From positions 2,592,001 to 2,656,000 of the forward strand of contig CAXXMD010000003.1 of the NCBI GenBank assembly GCA_963675755.2: a DNA stretch of 64,000 nucleotides, given 5' to 3'. Each line of letters starts with the position of its first letter. The first letter of the stretch is position 1. The position numbers and the translations under genes are program-made. Source of the stretch: a bacterium. Its GTDB lineage: Bacteria > Zhuqueibacterota > Zhuqueibacteria > Residuimicrobiales > Krinioviventaceae. The notes under the pieces were generated by a model, which saw only the letters and a program-made list of their open reading frames with translations, was not told where the DNA came from and searched no databases. This document shows, in pieces, positions 38,632 through 47,345 of the stretch.

Positions 38632-40041
38632 TTAGCTATTTTTTAATGCGAGTTGTTTTAACAGTCCTCGATTGATTTTGAGGCCATTGCCGGTCTGTTC
38701 AGGCCAGGGGTAAAATCGTACCGGGTGTTTGAATTTTTCCAGGTCCTGCTCCAGGTGTAGACGAATGATTGTCTCTTTAACCGGATTATCGCTGTATTGC
38801 AGAAACGCAACCGGGCGTTCTCCGAATTCATCATCCGGGATGGGCACAACAATGCACTGCGTTATCCCCTTGATCTGCTCGATGCATCTTTCAATCTCTT
38901 CCGGTTGGATGTTTTCTCCGCCGGAAATAAACATATTGTCCAACCGTCCCGTTACATTCAGGCAGCCCTTTTCATCCAGATACCCACGGTCCCCGGTGTG
39001 AAACCAGCCATCCTGATCTACTGCGCCGAGTATTCCGTGTTGATCAAAATATCCCTTGAACAGCGTTTTTCCTTTAACGCGTATTTCTCCCTGATCTGAA
39101 AATGACAGTCCCCGGTGGGGCAGCAGTCTGCCGCTGGTGGACAATTCTTTTGCGTCAGCACAGGATTGGGTTGTGGTGATTTGAGACGCCATTTCTGTTG
39201 ATCCGTAACTGGTGTGGATTGGAAGGTTGTATGCTATTGCCTGATCAATCAGCGATGCGGGAATTGCGCTTCCGCCTAACAGGATCGCTTTTAAAGATTG
39301 CAAGGCCGAGACAGCATCGGGATTGGTCAACATGCGCGCCAACTGGGTGCTGACCAGTGAAATGTGTGTAATGCTTTTGTTTTTGATCAGGGATTCCAAA
39401 GGCTCATCACTGTTTGGTAATACTACAGCCGCTCCGGCAAGAAAGCACCGGAAAAGAGGCGCGATTCCACCCACATGATACATGGGCAGGGAGAGCAGCC
39501 AGCGGTCTCCCTGCTGGACCGGGATGTTTGCATTGGAGCCTAATGCGTTATACAAATGGTTCGACAGTGTGTGCATTACCGCTTTGGGATTACCCGTACT
39601 GCCGGATGTAAATATCAATGTGGCGGGGAAATCTGTTTGCAATTTTATGGGATTAGTTGGATCTGCCGCGTTATTCAATGATGTGATGTTGAATGTATGG
39701 ATGCCTGGAAAATGTGCATCATTATTATCGGTAATCAGGGATTTGCATCCAACCTGCTGCATGCGTTGTTGTACTGTAGGCAATGGCAGCCGGGTGCTGA
39801 GGGGCATCATGATTATGCCGGCCATCCATCCACCCAGAAGCGTGGTGATGTATTGAACAGAGGGTTCCGCAAGAATGGCTGCAATAGCGCCTCGATTCAT
39901 GCTTTTTTTGAACATGAATGCCGTGTTGGTGCTTTGTGCAAACAATTGTGTATAGGTCAAAGCATCTTTATTGAAAATGACCGCAAGGCGTTCTGCATGC
40001 CTGGTGGTTTCCGGAAAGGCTATATAGTCCGGGATGTTCAC
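38632..40041 (-). CDS. menE: o-succinylbenzoate-CoA ligase
   Basis: FTSGSTGNPKAV, LPMYHVGG, YGSTE, TGDRG, GRLDNMFISGGENI; next to menC and menA. Confidence 0.9.
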   Translation of the reverse strand: MNIPDYIAFPETTRHAERLAVIFNKDALTYTQLFAQSTNTAFMFKKSMNRGAIAAILAEPSVQYITTLLGGWMAGIIMMPLSTRLPLPTVQQRMQQVGCKSLITDNNDAHFPGIHTFNITSLNNAADPTNPIKLQTDFPATLIFTSGSTGNPKAVMHTLSNHLYNALGSNANIPVQQGDRWLLSLPMYHVGGIAPLFRCFLAGAAVVLPNSDEPLESLIKNKSITHISLVSTQLARMLTNPDAVSALQSLKAILLGGSAIPASLIDQAIAYNLPIHTSYGSTEMASQITTTQSCADAKELSTSGRLLPHRGLSFSDQGEIRVKGKTLFKGYFDQHGILGAVDQDGWFHTGDRGYLDEKGCLNVTGRLDNMFISGGENIQPEEIERCIEQIKGITQCIVVPIPDDEFGERPVAFLQYSDNPVKETIIRLHLEQDLEKFKHPVRFYPWPEQTGNGLKINRGLLKQLALKNS

Positions 40042-41114
40042 AGGGTGATCCTTTGCAGGATGCTGTTATTCAATTCAGGCGCCTTACCGGATAAACTGTA
40101 TTGACCATTCTCCGTTTTAAATGGAGGGGTGATAACATCGTCGTCCAGCCAGCGCCAGGTATCCAGGCCTGCCGCGGTATCGGGTTCCGATAGCGCCGCT
40201 GAAAGTCTGGCATAAAATTGCAATGCCAATCCGTTGTCAAACACGCTGGTGATGACGGTTTTGATCTTTTGTTGTTTTGCTTTGTCAGCCAGTAAGAGTG
40301 TGTTGGAAAGCGGACCCAAAACAGCCGGTTTTAAAATAATGGCACCCACCCAATCCGGTAGAGGGATTTGTGGCTGATTGAACAGAGTTAAGGATTCATC
40401 CAGAGCAATAGGGACAGTTACCTGATCTGCAAATTCATGAAGTTGAAGGGGGTTAGTTAGCGGTTCTTCAATGTATTCAATGTTTTCCGGGTTTATGTTC
40501 TGTATAAAAGTATTCGCATCATTAAATGACCATGCACGGTTTGCATCCAGCCGCAGGACAATATCATTTTTAAATGCTTGCTGGATTTTATGAATCCGAT
40601 CAATCTCCATGTCTACCGGATTTCCACCCACTTTGATCTTGATGGTAGTATAACCCTGTTGTAACCAGGATTTGATCTGTTCTGCATCATTATCCATGTT
40701 GCGGGTGAGCAGCGCATTTATTTTTATTGAATCCGGAGCGCTGTCATTGATTATGTACTGTATGGGTTTACCCTTCACTGCGGATACTAATCCGAGTTTT
40801 GCCATATCCAGGCCAAAAGCGACAGATGGAGGCAGGGAAAGAGGATTCTGATAGTTTGATATGTTTTTCGGGATGGGTGTGTTTTTAATTATAGAGATAT
40901 TATCTTTCAGTATAGCCAGACAGTCGTTAAGGCTTTCTGTATGCAATCCCGGCAGCGGGGAACAGTCTCCATAGCCGGCATTTCCATGCTCATCAGACAA
41001 TTCAATAATGAATCCCGAGCGGTTGAGGATTTTTTGATCGGCTACGACCAGCGGATTTGTTAAAGGCAGGTCGTACCGGTACAGATTGATATTTTTTATG
41101 TTTACAGGTTCCAT
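40038..41114 (-). CDS. menC: o-succinylbenzoate synthase
   Basis: Enolase superfamily: GDCSPLPG, KIKVG, LRLDANRAW, YIEEP, ALDES, LKP. Confidence 0.9.
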   Translation of the reverse strand: MEPVNIKNINLYRYDLPLTNPLVVADQKILNRSGFIIELSDEHGNAGYGDCSPLPGLHTESLNDCLAILKDNISIIKNTPIPKNISNYQNPLSLPPSVAFGLDMAKLGLVSAVKGKPIQYIINDSAPDSIKINALLTRNMDNDAEQIKSWLQQGYTTIKIKVGGNPVDMEIDRIHKIQQAFKNDIVLRLDANRAWSFNDANTFIQNINPENIEYIEEPLTNPLQLHEFADQVTVPIALDESLTLFNQPQIPLPDWVGAIILKPAVLGPLSNTLLLADKAKQQKIKTVITSVFDNGLALQFYARLSAALSEPDTAAGLDTWRWLDDDVITPPFKTENGQYSLSGKAPELNNSILQRITL

Positions 41115-41992
41115 CCTATGGCAAATAACAGGCTGTAAATGAAAAGGATCTGGCCGGTTTGGGCCAGCACTTTGTTAAATATACGTCCCGGTTCTGTATT
41201 GAGTACTGTTTTAAATGCCGGTATAGCCAGCAGTAAAATTAAAAATGTGATGAGCACCCAGTCTTTTCCGGGATTCAATAGAGCAAAAATTGCAGTGATA
41301 ATCATGCCACCGATGATACAAACCAGATATTCAGCTCGTGCAAACGTTTCTCCAAATCGTACAACCAGGGTGCGTTTACCGGACTGCCTGTCCTGATGGA
41401 TGTCACGCAAGTTGTTAATTGTTAGAATAGCGGTGGAAAATAAACCGGGAACGAGTCCCAGTAATATCACTGTGGAATTAATATCAAGTGCCTGAACATA
41501 ATAGGTACCGCCAACTGCAACGGGTCCGAAAAAAATGAGAACAAACAGATCACCCAATCCATTATAACCCAGCGGATAAGGACCACCGGTATAGGCAATG
41601 CCGGACAAAATTGAGAGCGCACCAATTACAATTATCGGCCAGCCACCACGCCAGATAAGATAAATACCAAAAATCGAGGCAAGGCCAAATGTGATAAGGA
41701 ATGCCCATTTCATAGCCTTGGGTGAAACAAGTCCCGCGGCGGTGGCGCGTGTAGGCCCCAGACGATCATCATCGTCTGCTCCTTTTATGTGATCATAATA
41801 GTCATTGGCATAGTTGGTACCAATTTGGATTAACAACGCTCCAATACCGGCTAAAAGGGCTGCAAGGAGGTGAAACGCATGATCAGCAACCGCCAAACCG
41901 GTTCCCATAATGACAGGTGCCAGGGCAGCGGGCAGGGTTTTGGGTCTGCCTGCATCTATCCAGACGGACAGGGACAAGGGTTTGAGTTTCAT
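41102..41992 (-). CDS. menA: 1,4-dihydroxy-2-naphthoate polyprenyltransferase
   Basis: RPKTL, NYANDYYD..GADD..R.GP.R, NNLRDI..D..GKRTL. Confidence 0.93.
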   Translation of the reverse strand: MKLKPLSLSVWIDAGRPKTLPAALAPVIMGTGLAVADHAFHLLAALLAGIGALLIQIGTNYANDYYDHIKGADDDDRLGPTRATAAGLVSPKAMKWAFLITFGLASIFGIYLIWRGGWPIIVIGALSILSGIAYTGGPYPLGYNGLGDLFVLIFFGPVAVGGTYYVQALDINSTVILLGLVPGLFSTAILTINNLRDIHQDRQSGKRTLVVRFGETFARAEYLVCIIGGMIITAIFALLNPGKDWVLITFLILLLAIPAFKTVLNTEPGRIFNKVLAQTGQILFIYSLLFAIGWNL

Positions 41993-42645
41993 ATCAGTTC
42001 CATGGGTTCGGTAAAATGGTGTGGTTCAATGTACCAGATATTTTTGATATCTTCAATCACTATATCTCTGCTGTACGCGAGAATGAACAGGTCACGTTTC
42101 TTTTTGAATCCCTGTATTTCAAGAGGTATTTCGCCTCTTGCTTTGATTTTTAATTTTACTGTTTTCAGGTCAATTTTGCATTTCAAGGTTTTTATGGCGT
42201 CCGAATGAGAGCGATCCAGACCATCTGCCAGCCTCAACAGTGCAGCTAGTTTGAGTACTCTGAGACGGTCCCATGCTATTAACCTGGCATAGTTTATATG
42301 TTTTTTACGAGGAAGCTTTCTACTGTGATATCGTGCAATGTTGCCAATAACCAGTTTTTGTCTGTCATTCCAGCCTTCAAGTGAGCTTTTTTCAATAATA
42401 GATAAAGAGTTTTTATGGTGCTGTTTTTTACCCTGAACGTAACCAATGTCATGCAGTATTGCTGCTGCTTCCAGCATATCACGTTCGGTGTTTCCATATC
42501 CGTGCAGCGGTTTTAATTGATCAAATAACTGGAGCGCCAGATTCTTGACTTGCAGAATATGTGCCGGTTCCTGTTCCAGTTCATACATTATCCGGATTGC
42601 AGAATCGTAGCGTAACCGTGATTTTTTTGATCTTTTTTTATCCAT
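41989..42645 (-). CDS. Stand-alone HD domain equivalent to the Ppx/GppA C-terminal region
   Basis: AHILQV..LALQLFD, ILHDIGY..HHKNS, IARYH, LLRLADGLDRSH. Confidence 0.85.
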   Translation of the reverse strand: MDKKRSKKSRLRYDSAIRIMYELEQEPAHILQVKNLALQLFDQLKPLHGYGNTERDMLEAAAILHDIGYVQGKKQHHKNSLSIIEKSSLEGWNDRQKLVIGNIARYHSRKLPRKKHINYARLIAWDRLRVLKLAALLRLADGLDRSHSDAIKTLKCKIDLKTVKLKIKARGEIPLEIQGFKKKRDLFILAYSRDIVIEDIKNIWYIEPHHFTEPMELI

Positions 42646-43543
42646 TCTCTAACAAAACTCCGAACATCAGGTCACGCAGACTGACATGTGCCAATGATAA
42701 TTGAAAATGCTCTAGTATTGTATCAACCAGAGTTGCACCGGTGAAAATAACATCACTCCGGTCAGGGTGCAAACCAGTTATCTGTTTCCGTTCCTGAATT
42801 GTCTTAACAAATAAATCCGCTAAAATATTTTGCAAATTTACCTTTTCAATAACGGATTTGTGCGATTGTTCTCCATTTCGGATATCGATTTTCTTGTCCA
42901 TCATTGCCAGAGTCGTTGCCGTACCTCCAACAAAAATAACAGCCTCTGCCTGAAAAGGCTCAAGTTGGTTTTTTAGGGTGGCTAAAGTAAAACTGCGCAA
43001 TTGCTCCGCTTCCCCTTGTGTTGGAGGATCATTGTGGATAAAACGAGTTGTAAGACGCCTGCTGCCAATATCGAGACTTTTATAATTCAGAATCTGGGTA
43101 TCTCGGGCAAAAATAAACTCTGTACTTCCACCACCAATATCGCAAACCACATAATTGCCATGCATTTCAAGATCGCTCATTGCACCATTAAAGCTCATTA
43201 ATGCTTCAGTATCCCCGGATAATAACCGGGGTTTAATACCGGTTTTACTCATTATGAGGTCAAAAAACGTGTCCCGGTTTTGGGCGTCACGTGTTGCGCT
43301 GGTTGCAAAAGCTATAACTGTCTCGGCTTTGTACTGATCTATGATAGTTTTATAATCTGCTATTGCAGTAACAACCCGCATCATGGCTTCTTGCGAAAGG
43401 TTGCCCTGTGCGTCAAAGCCTTTACCCAGACGGGTAATGGTATCTATCATTTTCAGCGGGGTAAGGGAACCATCCGGTTTTTTTTCTGCAATTAGCAGTC
43501 TGGTAGAATTGGTTCCAATATCTATGGATGCTACTTTGGACAT
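42638..43543 (-). CDS. ppx: Ppx/GppA exopolyphosphatase, catalytic ASKHA domains only
   Basis: IDIGTNSTRL, TRLG, ATSATRDA.N, E in GDTEA, DIGGGSTE. Confidence 0.9.
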   Translation of the reverse strand: MSKVASIDIGTNSTRLLIAEKKPDGSLTPLKMIDTITRLGKGFDAQGNLSQEAMMRVVTAIADYKTIIDQYKAETVIAFATSATRDAQNRDTFFDLIMSKTGIKPRLLSGDTEALMSFNGAMSDLEMHGNYVVCDIGGGSTEFIFARDTQILNYKSLDIGSRRLTTRFIHNDPPTQGEAEQLRSFTLATLKNQLEPFQAEAVIFVGGTATTLAMMDKKIDIRNGEQSHKSVIEKVNLQNILADLFVKTIQERKQITGLHPDRSDVIFTGATLVDTILEHFQLSLAHVSLRDLMFGVLLENG

Positions 43544-43585
43544 ATAGGGGTATTCGTGTTTAAGGGTGTTGGATTCAGTTATATA

Positions 43586-43903
43586 TTATTCATTACCCAG
43601 TTTTATCAGTATCATTTCAATGGTATCATTGATTTTTTTAATATCTTTGATCCGGCCTTTTTGGGGCTTTAATTTTAATAATTTCAGGCTTTCCAGCATT
43701 TCAGCAAGTTCATCTCTGTCTTGTGCACCTTCAGGCAGGTCCTGCAATTCAGATGCTGTCAGATTGTTAATGCTCCACACCATTTTGGCTTCAAGGTTGG
43801 CCTGGTATCGTTGTACAATATCGCGAAACTGGATACGTAATGCAGTCACTTCAGCGATGATTTCCTGGCGCAGCTTTTCCGGATTTTTCTTTTTGTCTAT
43901 CAT
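43586..43903 (-). CDS. Hypothetical helical protein within the polyphosphate locus
   Basis: 105 aa, charged and helical; start overlaps the upstream stop (ATGA). Confidence 0.7.
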   Translation of the reverse strand: MIDKKKNPEKLRQEIIAEVTALRIQFRDIVQRYQANLEAKMVWSINNLTASELQDLPEGAQDRDELAEMLESLKLLKLKPQKGRIKDIKKINDTIEMILIKLGNE

Positions 43904-44589
43904 TTGGCTTTCTGTAACAAGAGTTCAATTTTCTTTTGCAAATCCGCAGCTATTGTCCGTTGCGTGCGATTGCCGTTAATCATTTCAAAGTCATATTGAT
44001 CGTGCAGGTTGCTGAATTCTGTTTTGATTTTGCGTTGATATTTGATAAAGCTTTCAAATACATCGCGAGACAAACGGATATCCATGCCCGATTCCCAATA
44101 ATCCAGTTGGTTTTTCTTTTGGAAGTTTCGTTCAATTAGAAATCTGGGAGAAACATCGAGATAAAATACCGCATCGGGAACCAATGCGAGATTTTCATAA
44201 ATGTTTTTCAACCAATTGGGATTGGCTCCGCGAACAATATCACGTACCATTAATGTATATATATATCTGTCTGCAAGAACTATAAAACCAGCACGCAATG
44301 CCGGAATAATGGTGTTTTCCATCTGGTCTGCAAAATCGGTAGCATAAAACAGACTCAGGGTAACAGGGCTGAGAATGTTTCCCTGCATTGCCTGTTCCAG
44401 TTCCGCGCTCACCAGATTTGAACGTTTTAAGCCGACATTCACGGTTGCATGACCGCTACCTTCAAGCCAGTTGGTAAGGAGTCGTATTTGAGTTGAACGA
44501 CCTGAACCATCTGCACCTTCAATGACGATCAGTTTTCCCGCCAGTTTATTTACATCACAGCCGGGGATTCCCTTGCCGTAAAATTTCAT
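43900..44589 (-). CDS. Thymidylate-kinase-like protein with variant P-loop (PPK3 subunit-like)
   Basis: EGADGSGRST (K to R), LADRY, YWESGMD; start moved to MKFYG at 44589 behind AAGGA. Confidence 0.8.
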   Translation of the reverse strand: MKFYGKGIPGCDVNKLAGKLIVIEGADGSGRSTQIRLLTNWLEGSGHATVNVGLKRSNLVSAELEQAMQGNILSPVTLSLFYATDFADQMENTIIPALRAGFIVLADRYIYTLMVRDIVRGANPNWLKNIYENLALVPDAVFYLDVSPRFLIERNFQKKNQLDYWESGMDIRLSRDVFESFIKYQRKIKTEFSNLHDQYDFEMINGNRTQRTIAADLQKKIELLLQKAK

Positions 44590-44599
44590 GATAGTATCC

Positions 44600-45280
44600 T
44601 TACTTTTTAAGTTTGAACGATGGTAAATCGAAACGTTCATTCACGAGTTCACGAACAGTTTGTTGCTGCTGATCAACAGGTGCTGTTGCATCTATAATTG
44701 TAAAATTAAATTCTTTTGCCATATTGTCATAAGCATCATTAATGCGTCCCTGAAAAATTCTAAAGCTTTCGTAAGGGTCGGTAGACAAGTTCAGATCCAT
44801 ACCAGCTTCATGATACTTTAATTCCGGGCGTCCTTCAAGGATTCGGTTGATGGCGGTGTTGGGATTGAGTTTGAAATATAGTGTAATATCCGGAACTGAA
44901 GCAAAACTGTAATTGTTTTTTACCCATTCCGGGTCACAACCCCTAACCGTATCACGTGCAAAAGCTGTAAAAAAGTATCTGTCTGCCAATACAATATAAC
45001 CGGCGCGCAACAAGGGCCAGATCTGACGTTCATAACGGTCTGCAAAATCTGTACAATGTATAAGAGAAAATGTTGTGGGTGTAAGTAACTGACGTTTTTT
45101 CCCTTTTTTAGTTGCAGCTTTAACCAGTAATGAAGAATTCCACTCTGTGAAAAATACTTTATACTGTTCTAGCTCCAACCAACGCTTTAACAGGTAAATC
45201 TGTGTGGATTTTCCTGATCCATCTAATCCTTCCACGGCGATCAAGCGGCCGGGTGCGTTGTGCTTTTGTATCTTGACCAT
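44600..45280 (-). CDS. Thymidylate-kinase-like protein with canonical P-loop (PPK3 subunit-like)
   Basis: EGLDGSGKST, TEWNSS, TDFADR, LADRY, YHEAGMD. Confidence 0.8.
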   Translation of the reverse strand: MVKIQKHNAPGRLIAVEGLDGSGKSTQIYLLKRWLELEQYKVFFTEWNSSLLVKAATKKGKKRQLLTPTTFSLIHCTDFADRYERQIWPLLRAGYIVLADRYFFTAFARDTVRGCDPEWVKNNYSFASVPDITLYFKLNPNTAINRILEGRPELKYHEAGMDLNLSTDPYESFRIFQGRINDAYDNMAKEFNFTIIDATAPVDQQQQTVRELVNERFDLPSFKLKK

Positions 45281-45356
45281 AATTTTTCCATTTTTAAAAT
45301 TATAAAAACATAATTTATTATTAATAATTCAAGAAAGCAAGGGAATATGTAAAATA

Positions 45357-46202
45357 TTACTCGGGAAGTTTAAATTTGTCTTTAAATTCTTTAACAAAAT
45401 CCACTGTTTTGCGGATATCTTTAATCTGTTCTTCTCCTGCAATTTCGCGTTCAATGGTAAACGTACCCTTGTAATCCAATTCAAATAATGTCCTAAAGAA
45501 ATCCTGAAACAATACATCCCCGGTTCCTGCAAGTACTTCGGTTCCCCATTCTTTTCCCGGTTCTTTTGCCCACAAGGCATCTTTAATGTGAACACTTTTG
45601 ACATAATTGCCAAGCAGTCGTAGTGCTGAAATGGGTTCTCCCGCGCCATACAAGATCATGTTTGCGGGATCAAAGTTGACCGCGAGGTTTTCACGGTTTA
45701 CAGATTCAATAAAGTTTAACAGTATTTTGGCTTTTTCCTGGCCGGTTTCCAGGTGTACGCGCATATCACGTTCTCCGCAATAATCGCAGAGTTTTTGTGT
45801 AGCATCTACAAGCCGGGTAAATGTTTCGGATTTGATATTTTCAGGTATAAAACCTATATGCATCCCAATAGCAGGTATGTTCATGGATTTGGCAAAGTCT
45901 GCAATTTCAATGCATTCCTGAAAACGGGACTCAAAAGTATCTGCTGGGGCAAGACCTACGGTCTCTTCAACTTTAGGTATGCTTTCATAACTTTCACCTT
46001 CAAAGCCGCAAAACAAGATGGTGATCTCTATGGATGCGTCTTTGAATAGTTGTAAAAGTACTTTTTGTTTTTCCGCTGTTCGCTCACCCTGGGGTGGAGT
46101 CAATACCTGTGCTGTAGGAATATCCAAAGATTTGGCGGCGTTTAGACGAGTGACCAGGTGCTCATCGGGAATAATAAATATACCAAGAGGATTTTTGTCC
46201 AT
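45357..46202 (-). CDS. Sugar phosphate isomerase/epimerase (xylose-isomerase-like TIM barrel)
   Basis: HIGF, LETGQE, NFDPAN, HIKD, G.G.V, IERE. Confidence 0.85.
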   Translation of the reverse strand: MDKNPLGIFIIPDEHLVTRLNAAKSLDIPTAQVLTPPQGERTAEKQKVLLQLFKDASIEITILFCGFEGESYESIPKVEETVGLAPADTFESRFQECIEIADFAKSMNIPAIGMHIGFIPENIKSETFTRLVDATQKLCDYCGERDMRVHLETGQEKAKILLNFIESVNRENLAVNFDPANMILYGAGEPISALRLLGNYVKSVHIKDALWAKEPGKEWGTEVLAGTGDVLFQDFFRTLFELDYKGTFTIEREIAGEEQIKDIRKTVDFVKEFKDKFKLPE

Positions 46203-46258
46203 TTGAAAAACCTGCTTTGTTATAATAGATAATATGTTTAAATTTGATATAATTTTCT

Positions 46259-46287
46259 AATATAGTAAAATTGTTTCCGGTTGTCAA
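46259..46287 (-). promoter_or_regulatory. sigma70-type promoter
   Basis: TTGACA-N17-TATATT upstream of the TIM-barrel gene. Confidence 0.6.
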
Positions 46288-46325
46288 GCTTTTCAGGGTA
46301 GCCGGATGATAATAAAGGAATTGTT

Positions 46326-47345
46326 ATGAGTAAAAAATTTGACTGGAAAATAGTAGCGGGAATTCTTGTCAGCCTGTTTTTTATGTATTTTGCTTTTCGC
46401 AAGGTAGATATATCTCAAATGGGATCGGCATTCGCAAAGGCCAATTATTGGTATTTGCTGCCGGTTGTGGTTATTCTGTTGTTCAGCCATTTACTGCGGG
46501 CCTGGCGATGGAAATTGCTGCTGGCACCGCTTGGAAATATCCGTATGGTCAATGTTTTTTCTGCGCTCATGATTGGTTATATGGCAAATACCTTTGTACC
46601 CGCACACCTGGGTGAAATTTTTAGGGCCTATGTTGTTGGACGAAAGAACGAAATCTCTTCCAGCGCTGTATTTGCCACGGTAGTGGTTGAGCGTGTGCTG
46701 GATATGATAAGCCTTGTGGTTTTGTTGGCGTTGACTTTGGTGATTTATCCATTTCCGGATTGGGTTAAAAAAAGCGGATATATCTCTTTTGTTTTTATTG
46801 CCGTTTTTGTTGCCGTGTTGGTACTCATGAAGATATTCAAAGAACCGGGATTAAAGCTCCTGAAAAAGATGTTGAGTATTTTTCCTGAGAAATTCAGCAA
46901 TACCATCTATGATCTGGTTAAATCCTTTTTGGAAGGCATAATGCCTCTGAAGCACTGGCACCATTATTTTACAATCCTTGTCATAACGGTAATCATGTGG
47001 GCCTGTTATGCTTTTATTTTTAATCTTTCTTTTTATGCTTTTGATTTTGTAAATGCCTATGATGTACCCTGGAAAGCGTCTTTAGCGCTGCTGGTTGTAA
47101 CGACAATCAGTATTGCTGTGCCTTCATCTCCCGGATATGTGGGGACTTATCATTATCTCTGTCAGCAGGGTTTGAGCTGGTTTAATGTACCGGAAAGTGA
47201 AGCGCTTAGCTTTGCATTTGTAGCGCATGGAATGAATTTTATACCTGTATTGATACTCGGATTTTTCTTCTTGTCTTACGAAGGGTTGAGTTTCAGGAAC
47301 CTGCAGAAAAAGCCGGAAATACCTTTAACTGAAGAAGCAGATTAA
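46326..47345 (+). CDS. Lysylphosphatidylglycerol-synthase TM / flippase-like (UPF0104) membrane protein
   Basis: LRAWRW, IGYMAN..PAHLGEI.R, VERVLD, PSSPGYVGTYH. Confidence 0.85.
   Translation: MSKKFDWKIVAGILVSLFFMYFAFRKVDISQMGSAFAKANYWYLLPVVVILLFSHLLRAWRWKLLLAPLGNIRMVNVFSALMIGYMANTFVPAHLGEIFRAYVVGRKNEISSSAVFATVVVERVLDMISLVVLLALTLVIYPFPDWVKKSGYISFVFIAVFVAVLVLMKIFKEPGLKLLKKMLSIFPEKFSNTIYDLVKSFLEGIMPLKHWHHYFTILVITVIMWACYAFIFNLSFYAFDFVNAYDVPWKASLALLVVTTISIAVPSSPGYVGTYHYLCQQGLSWFNVPESEALSFAFVAHGMNFIPVLILGFFFLSYEGLSFRNLQKKPEIPLTEEAD

Noticed and set aside
43900-45280. Annotation as ordinary dTMP kinases (tmk)
   Set aside because: Tandem pair, no TREPGG-type motif, variant P-loop and ppx context argue for a PPK3-like role
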